Virus record (IMG/VR): IMGVR_UViG_3300027631_000011
Source: an uncultured virus (IMG/VR IMGVR_UViG_3300027631_000011)
Taxonomy: Duplodnaviria > Heunggongvirae > Uroviricota > Caudoviricetes
Strand: one strand, 5' to 3'
DNA length: 64,000 bases
Shown here: piece by piece, positions 48,801 through 57,800 of the stretch
How positions within the stretch are numbered: position 1 is the first letter of the stretch
Layout of the letters: every line of letters begins with the position of its first letter
Position numbers and translations under genes: made by a program
The notes under the pieces: generated by a model
What the model was told of the DNA's origin: nothing
The model's input: the letters and a program-made list of their open reading frames with translations, nothing else
The model's database searches: none

Positions 48801-51800
48801 TGAACCTGTGATTTGACCTGATTGTTTTAGTTTAAGAACTTCACCTACTGCAATTTCATCTGAACTAACTGGCATTCCTGCAACAGTACCACCAGTCAAT
48901 AATAAAGTAGATGCTGTAACTTGTCCTGATGCCTTTAGTATTAAATTATTATTTGATGAATTAATTTGTGTATCACTTAATGTAAACCCACCAATAGTTC
49001 CATCCTCTGCAGTAACCTTTTTTACAATAATATCACCATCAGGTTTAATATGGAATTTAGAAGATGATATCTCTATATTACCATTTGAACCACTAATGAA
49101 TTGTGTAGTTTTAGTACCTACGAAAAATTTATCTACATCTATTGTTGCTTTAGAACCACTAATCAATAATGATTTATCGGTATTGTTCCATGCGAAATAA
49201 CCATCTGTTGGATTACTCGCTCCACTAGCATTCCCACCTAAATAAAAATTACCACTACTATCTAAGAATGATGTAAAATCTGTTAGTGCTCCATTTGTTC
49301 CACTTATTCCATTGTGGAATCCAAATACATTTGAAGTCATTAATAAACCTGCTGAACCAATTGGTCCAATTCCAGTTAAACTCGCACCTAAGAATGAGAA
49401 ATCTTGATTGTTTGCTCCAGGATTACCTTGTGGTCCTGTTGCTCCAACTTTTGATTTTGTTAATGATTGTGTTTTTGTGAAAGTTGTAAAATTTGAACCG
49501 TTTAATGTTTTACCACTAATCGTATATGTAATTACATATTGGTCTGTACCATCGGCAGCTCCACTATGATTTCCAATTGTACAGAATGTTCCACTATCTG
49601 TTATACTTCCTTCTGTGATGTTTGCAGTGTTACCTACTGATACTCCGAATTCTCCAGTACCTGGTGTACCTGTAACGAATGTTAATGCGGTTGCTCCTTC
49701 AAAACATCTTATTGTAGTTCCACTATTTGCGTATGATGATACAGCACCTGCCGCACTTGCTGGAAGTACGTGAGCTTCATTATCTAATATCGCAGTTATG
49801 TTACCACTACCTTCATCTAATTCATTTAATGTTACACTATCGGTTATACTACCATCAGCTCCTGCAGCTGTGTAAGTTACAACCATTCCGTTTGAGAAGT
49901 TTCCACTTGTTACAGTAGTTGAACCACCAGAGGTTGATACCGATGTTGATGATAACGTACCACCCGTATTACTAAATGCACCATTTGCGGTTAAGTTTTG
50001 TCCGTTCGCTGTTATTGTAATTGATGATGGAGAAAGAGTACCATCCTGTGCTTTTACAAATATGTTAGATGATGCTCCTACAGTAACAGTTTTTGCATTT
50101 GAACCAGCGGCTCCTGTATCTCCAGTATCACCTTGTTTTGATTTACCAATTGAATATGTTTTGGAAATTTGTACTTGTCCAACATTACCACTTGCAGAAG
50201 TTGCAGTAAGTATTACAGAACCACTATCTGGTGTTAATGCCGTTATTGTTAGTACTCTCGTACTTAGTGTTGATGAAAGACCTGTAGAGTTTGTTCTAGT
50301 TACTGTATAATCTGAAGATACATCAGTAGCTCCTTGAAAGATTATCATTTCAGTTCCACTACCAACAAACGATGATACTGTACCATCACTTGCAGCTGGA
50401 ACTATATCTCCATCGGATGTTAGGAATGCGGTAATGGCAGATGTTCCATCACTTCCTGCCGTACCATCTAATCCAGATTTTACACCAAATATGGATACAC
50501 TATCTTCTGCTATAACAGTTCCACTTGTCCCACCTTCTCTTGTCTTTACTACATACGATACGTTTCCAGTAGATGTAGGTTTTTCAGCAGTTGTGTTAAT
50601 CGTAAATGTGGCCGTTGTTGAATTTTGTTGTGATGAACCATCTTTTAAGAATTCGTAATATACCGTACCACTATGATTTTGGTCTGTAGCGGTTAATGTA
50701 ATATTTTGAGATGATGGAGTTTCAACATCAGAACCATTATATGTAATTACGGATTTATTGGCAAGTAATGATACTACCTTTGCATTAGTTCCGGCAGCTC
50801 CTGTTGCTCCTGTTGCCCCAACACCACCTTGTCTGGATTTTACAACACTCATTGTTTTACTAAGTGATGTAGCTCCTTTAGTTGCAGTAACTACTACTGA
50901 CCCGCTATCATGTCCCATAGAGGTTATAGTAACTGTATTAGAACTAATAGAAGAACTTACTGAAGTGGTTGATGTTCTGGTGAATGTGTATTCGGAAGTT
51001 TTATTAGTAACTCCCTCAAACACTTCCATATCCGTTGAACCACCCACAAAGGATGCAATACTACCACTAAAGTCAGCTGCAAATGTATGAGATTCGTTAG
51101 TAAGGAATGCTGTTACTGCATCTGTTCCAGCAGAACCATCAGAACCAGTATCACCACCTACAATTTTAAATATCTTAGCTGAATCACTTAGTGAATCTTT
51201 AGATACCGAAATACTAAGTGGTAAATCAGATTTACTAAATGATGAGAATGGTAATGTGAATGTTCTTGTACCACTTCCATCAGTTACAGAACCACCTAAT
51301 GTTGGAGTTGTAAATGCAGAACCACCAGCTTTTGTAATTGTGATATCTGATGTTGCAATCGTACCACTTAAATTTTGTTGATTAACTACAAAGTTTACAG
51401 ATGATGGAGTTGCTGTTGTATCAACAGAGTTATCAAATGCGAATGTTTGAGAATCAGCTATTAATGAAACTGATTTAGCATCAGCTCCAGCCAAACCTGC
51501 AGTTCCTTGTTTGGATTTAACTAAACTCATTGTTTTAGTTAATGATGTACTCCCACTTGTTGCCGTAATATCAACAGAACCACTATCGTGAGTCATCGCA
51601 GTAATAGTAATAGTGTTTGTTGAGATTGTTGAACTTACACCAGTCCCATTTGTTCGTGTAAATGTATAATTATCAGTTGAGTTAGTTACACCTTCGAATA
51701 CTTCCATATCCGTAGTTGCCCCAACAAACGATACAATTGTTCCATTATTTTGAGCGGCAAATGTATGAGCTTCATTCGTAAGGAATGTGGTTACTGCATC

Positions 51801-54800
51801 CGAACCTGCGGCACCAGCGGCCCCATCTGAACCTGTATCACCACCAACTACTTTAAATATCTTCGTTGAATCAGATAAATTATTTGCGTTATTTGATACC
51901 GATACCGTTAATGGTAAATCGGATTTTGTTAAAGATGAGAATGGAACTGTAAATGTTTGTTGTCCTGTTCCACCACTAACTGTACCACTTAAAGATGGAG
52001 TAGTAAGTGTACTACTACCAGCTTTTGTAATTGTAATATCACCTGTATCTATTGTATGAGCTAAATTTTGTTGAGCTACTGTAAATACAATTGATGATGG
52101 AGTTGCGGTTGTATCAACCGAATTATCAAATCCGAATACTTGAGAATCGGATGTGATTGTTAATATTTTTGCAGATGTTCCGTTTACACCATTAGAACCA
52201 TCTTGACCATCCGTTCCATCATCACCCTGTCTTGCAACAGAGATTGACATTGTTTTTGCCAAACTTACAGATGCGGAAGTTGCAGTTAATACAATAGAAC
52301 CTGTATGTGGAAATGAACCACTTGTAATTGTTAATTCATTACCACTCAATGTAGTTGTAAAGTGAGATGGTGTATTTTGAGTAACGGTATATAATGAAGT
52401 TTTGTTTGATGTTCCTTCAAATACTTCTATCTCAGTACTTGCTCCTGTAAGTGATATAATTGTATTAGATGAACTTAATGGTAAAGTATGAGAATCATTT
52501 GTTAGGAATGCGGTAACGGCCGAAACACCATCAGCACCAGGAGTACCATCTGTTCCAGATGCCCCACCCTCAACCTTAAATATTTTTACAGCATCACTTA
52601 ATCCATCTTTAGTTGCTGTAATTGTAACAGGTAAATTAGATTTAGTAGAGTTTAATCCACCACTATTCAATGCACCAGCAAATGAGATACTACCACTAAC
52701 AACACCAGTACCACTACTAACATCATTGTTATCAAAATCAAAGTTAGTAACATTACCACCAGCGGTTGAGATTGTAATATCACCACTACCTATTGTACCA
52801 TTAAGGTTCTGTTGATTAAATGTAAATATAATTTCTGATGGGTCTGAAGTATTATCACTTGCACTTAGGAATGAGAACACTTGTGATTCTAACGAACCTG
52901 CTAATAACTTAGCCGATGTACCATCATCACCATCTGCACCTTGTCGTGCTTTGGTTAAACTCATCGTTTTAGAAAGTGATACACTCGCAGAAGTAGCGGT
53001 GATTGTTAATGAACCACTATCGTGTCCTAAAGCACTTACAGTAACGGTATTACCACTATCTGTTGCAACAACTCCCAATCCTCTTGAGGATGAAATTGTA
53101 TATAGAGATGTTTTGTTTGTTACTCCTTCGAAAACTTCCATTTCAGTACTACCACCCACAAAGGATGCGATAGCACCAGTCGAATCAGCAGGGAAGGTAT
53201 GAGATTCATTGGTTAAGAAAGCAGTTACTGCATCAGAACCATCAGTTCCATCCGTTCCGGATGTCCCACCCTCAACCTTAAATATTTTTAAACTATCCTC
53301 TAATCCATCTTTAGTGACTTCAATTGTTAAAGGAAGTTTTGTTTTTACACCACCAACAGTTGAACCCATTCCACTAAATGTAATTGAACCACTTACCTGC
53401 CCAGTTCCATCTGTTACACTTGCAACAAATGTTGGGTCTGTTAATGTGTTTCCACCTGAATCTTTAATTGTTATATCACTACCACCTATAGTACCACTTA
53501 GGTTTTGTTGGTTAATAATAAGTAAGATATCATTATCTTCAGGAGTTGATGAAGATGCTGATGGGAATGCAAATACTTGAGAATCCGAAGTAATAGTTAA
53601 TAACTTAGCATCAGCTCCAGCCAAACCAGCAGTTCCTTGTTTAGATTTAACTAAACTCATTGTTTTACTTAATGATGTACTTGCAGATACAGCTGTAATA
53701 GTTACGGAACCTGAATCATGTGTCATTCCACTAACAGTAACCGTCTTACCAGTTATGGATGAAGTAACTCCTAATCCATCTGATTTTGAAAAAGTATATA
53801 CAGATGTTTTATTCGTAACCCCTTCAAATACTTCCATATCTGTTTGAGCACCTGAGAATGATACAATTGTACCATCGTTTTGTGATGCAAACGTATGAGC
53901 TTCATTTGTTAAGAATGTTGTAACCGCATCAGAACCATCTGTTCCATCTGTTCCAGATGTTCCACCTTCTACTTTAAATACTTTTATAGAATCTGTTAAA
54001 GAATCATTAGTAACAGATATAGTTACAGGTAATTTAGTTTTATCTGAATTTAAACCACCAGCAGATGTACCACTACTAAATGAAATACTACCACTTGCGA
54101 TACCCGTTCCATCGGTAACCGAATTGTTATCAAATCCAAATCCAGTAATATTAGTACCATCACCTGCGGTTATTGTAACATCCGAACTTCCAATTGAATC
54201 ATTTAAATTTTGTTGGTTAAATGAGAATATGATTGATGTTGGTTCTGCCGTAGAATCACTCGCACTTAGGAATGAGAATACTTGAGAATCTGTACTCGCT
54301 ACTAATGATTTAGCACTTACACCACTAACACCTTGTGGGCCAGCAGTTCCACCCAAATTTAATGTCCATGCTGTTTGAGTAGAAGTACCAACTATAGAAT
54401 CAACATTTATACTCATTGAACCGTTGGATGAGTTGTATGAGTTTACTGTACCTGTAATAGAGTTACTACCATCATATGCAACCACTGCAGTTAAACCAGC
54501 CGTCCAAGCTAATCCAGTATCTGCCGTAAATGTTATTGTATCATCTATATTTAATGTTGATAAATTTATTGTAGTTGAAATAGATGTATCGGCAAACTTA
54601 TCACCAGATGCCCCATCTTCACCATCAGCACCTTGTTTAGCTTTTGTTAATGAAAATAACTTTTGTAAGTTAACACTTGCCGAAGTGGCGGTTACAACAA
54701 CAGAACCACTATCATGTCCCATAGAGGTTACTGTAACCGTATTTGAACTAACAGATGAACTAACAGATGTTGTAGATGCCGCACTTATAGAATAATCAGA

Positions 54801-57800
54801 TGTTGTGTTTGATGTACCTGTAAAAACTTCTACATCTGTATCACCACCTGTGAATGAAATTATTGTTCCATTTGGTTGAGCGGCGAATGTATGAGATTCG
54901 TTTGTAAGAATCATTGTTCTTGCAGATTCTCCATCTGTACCATCAGAACCACCCTCTACCTTAAATACCCTAACTGAATCTTGTAATCCATCTTTGGTAG
55001 CAGATACAGTTATTGGTAAGTTTGATTTAGTTCCAGCCACACCACCATTATTTAATGCTTGTGAGAATACAATAGAACCACTTACGATACCTGTTCCACT
55101 ACTAATATCAGAATTATTAAAATCAAAGTTAGTAATATTAGAACCACCAGCGGTTGTAATTGTTAAATCACCTGCTACAATTGCTGCTGATAAATTTTGT
55201 TGTTGATAACTAAAGAATACTTTTTCTGGTTCGGATGTTGTATCTGTAGAATCAGTAAATGCGAATACCTGAGAATCTAAACTACCAATTAATAATTTAG
55301 CAGATGTTCCATCAGAACCATCAGAACCCTGTCGTGCTTTTGTTAAAGACATTATCTTAGATAAACTAACACTTGCAGATGTTGCAGTGATTGTTACACT
55401 TCCACTATCATGATTCATCCCACCAATAGTAACAGTATTACTATTATCTGTTGCAGTAACACCTAAACTAACAGATGATGAAATTGTATATAGAGATGTT
55501 TTGTTTGTTATACCCTCAAAAATTTCCATATTAGTACTACCACCTACAAAAGATGCTATACTTCCACTTGAGTCTGCAGGGAATGTATGAGATTCATTAG
55601 TTAAGAAAGTAGTTACCGCATCAGCACCAGCAGCACCATCTTGTCCTTCATTACCACCATCAATACCAAATATTTTTATTGAATCTTCTAAAGAATCCTT
55701 AGATACTGTAATTGTTAAAGGAAGTTTTGTTTTATCTCCACTAGCAGTTCCACTAAATGTAATAGTACCAGTAACTTGTCCACTTCCATCTGTTACACTT
55801 GCGGAGAGTGTTGGGTCTGATAGAGTACTACCATTCGCATCTACGATTGTAAAATCACCACCACCTACAGTGCCACTTAAATTTTGTTGATTAATTGTGA
55901 TTAAAATATCATTATCAATCGCAGTTGATGAAGATGCCGATGGGAATGAGAATACCTGTGAATCAGATGAAACTGTAAGAATCTTAGCATCAGAACCTGC
56001 TAAACCAGCAGTTCCTTGTTTAGATTTAGTTAATGACATCGATTTAGAAAGTGATACACTTGCAGATGTTGCGGTTATTGTAACCGAACCGCTATCATGT
56101 GTCATACCACTTATAGTTACGGTTTTACCACTATCTGTGGCGGTTACACCCAATCCTCTTGATGAGGATATTGTATAATTGGCCGTTGAGTTTGTTACTC
56201 CCTCAAATACTTCCATATCGGTTGAACCACCAATGAAAGAAATAATAGTACCATCACTTTCTGCAGTAAAGGTATGGGATTCGTTAGTAAGGAATGTTGT
56301 TACGGCATCAGTACCATCTGCACCAGCTGTACCATCTGCTCCACCTTCTACTTTAAAGAGTTTGATTGAATCACTCAACCCATCTTTAGTTATCGAAATG
56401 GCTACTGGGAAGTTAGATTTAGTAGAATTTAATCCACCACTATTTAATGCACCTGTAAATGATATACTACCTGATGATATACCACTATGTTTACCACTAC
56501 TATTTGTTACACTATTATTATCGAATCCAAAATTTGTTACATTACCACCAGCAGTTGAGATTGTGATATCAGAACTACCAATAGCAGCGTTTAGGTTTTG
56601 TTGGTTAAATGAGAATACAACTTCAGTTGGTGTTGCCGAAGTATCTGATGAATCATCAAATGCCATTACTTGTGAATCAATACTAGCAACTAAAGTTTTT
56701 GCCGAAGTACCATCTAACCCATCAGTACCATCTGTACCATCAGAACCAGTCTGTCCAGCGATTGCTTTGGATAAAGACATTGTTTTTGATAACGATGTAC
56801 TTGCCGAAGTTGCTGTGATTATAATAGAACCACTATCGTGGGCCATCGATGTTACTGTAACTGTGTTAGAACTTATAGAAGAACTAACCGAAGTTGATGA
56901 ACTTCTACTATATGAGTACGATGTTGTTTTATCAGTTATCCCTTCAAACACAATCATATCTGTTGAACCACCAGTTAAAGATACGATACTCTTATCAGGA
57001 TTAGCGGCAAATGTATGAGCTTCATTAGTTAAGAAAGCAGTTACTGCATCTACCCCATCTTGTCCTGATGTTCCATCACTTCCACTTGCTCCTGCCTGAA
57101 CACCAAATAATGTTAATGTATCACTTGCGATTTGAGAACCACCAGATGCCACTTCGAATGTTTTTACTTCGTATGTAACAGGTGTTGTTGCAGATGGTTG
57201 TTCGGAAGATTGGTCTGCTACAAATGTATTAGATGTACCTCTAGCACCTTGTAAAGAACCACCTTTACGGAATTCGTAATATACAGTTCCAACGTGATTT
57301 TGTTCGGTTGCGGTTAAAGTTATACTCTGTCCCGCTGGGTCTTGGTTACCTAATGAGTTAAACGTAATAACATAACTACTAGCACCCAATGATACTGTTT
57401 TAGAAGTATTAGATGAAGTTGCCTCTGCGAGAGCAGAACCTACATCACTACCATCTGATAATTGTAATTGTCCTCTAATTACTAAGGCCTCTGTTGTTGG
57501 ATTCCAAACTAATTTATTACCCAATGAAAATTGAGAATCGGAATCAACATAAAATCCTGTATTTGAATTTCCATATGAACCGTTGCCTGTAAATAACTTA
57601 CCATCGGTCATTTTAATACCAGCAATAGAACCTGTGTTAGCGATTATACCACCTTGTAAGAATACATTATCTGTTGCTAAACCAAAACCTGGATTTGGAT
57701 TTCCAAATACATAATCGGAATTAGCCAATCCACTTAAATCACCTAATCTTACTTTTAATTGTGCATCAAATAATCCACTACCTGTTCTCTCAACAATATC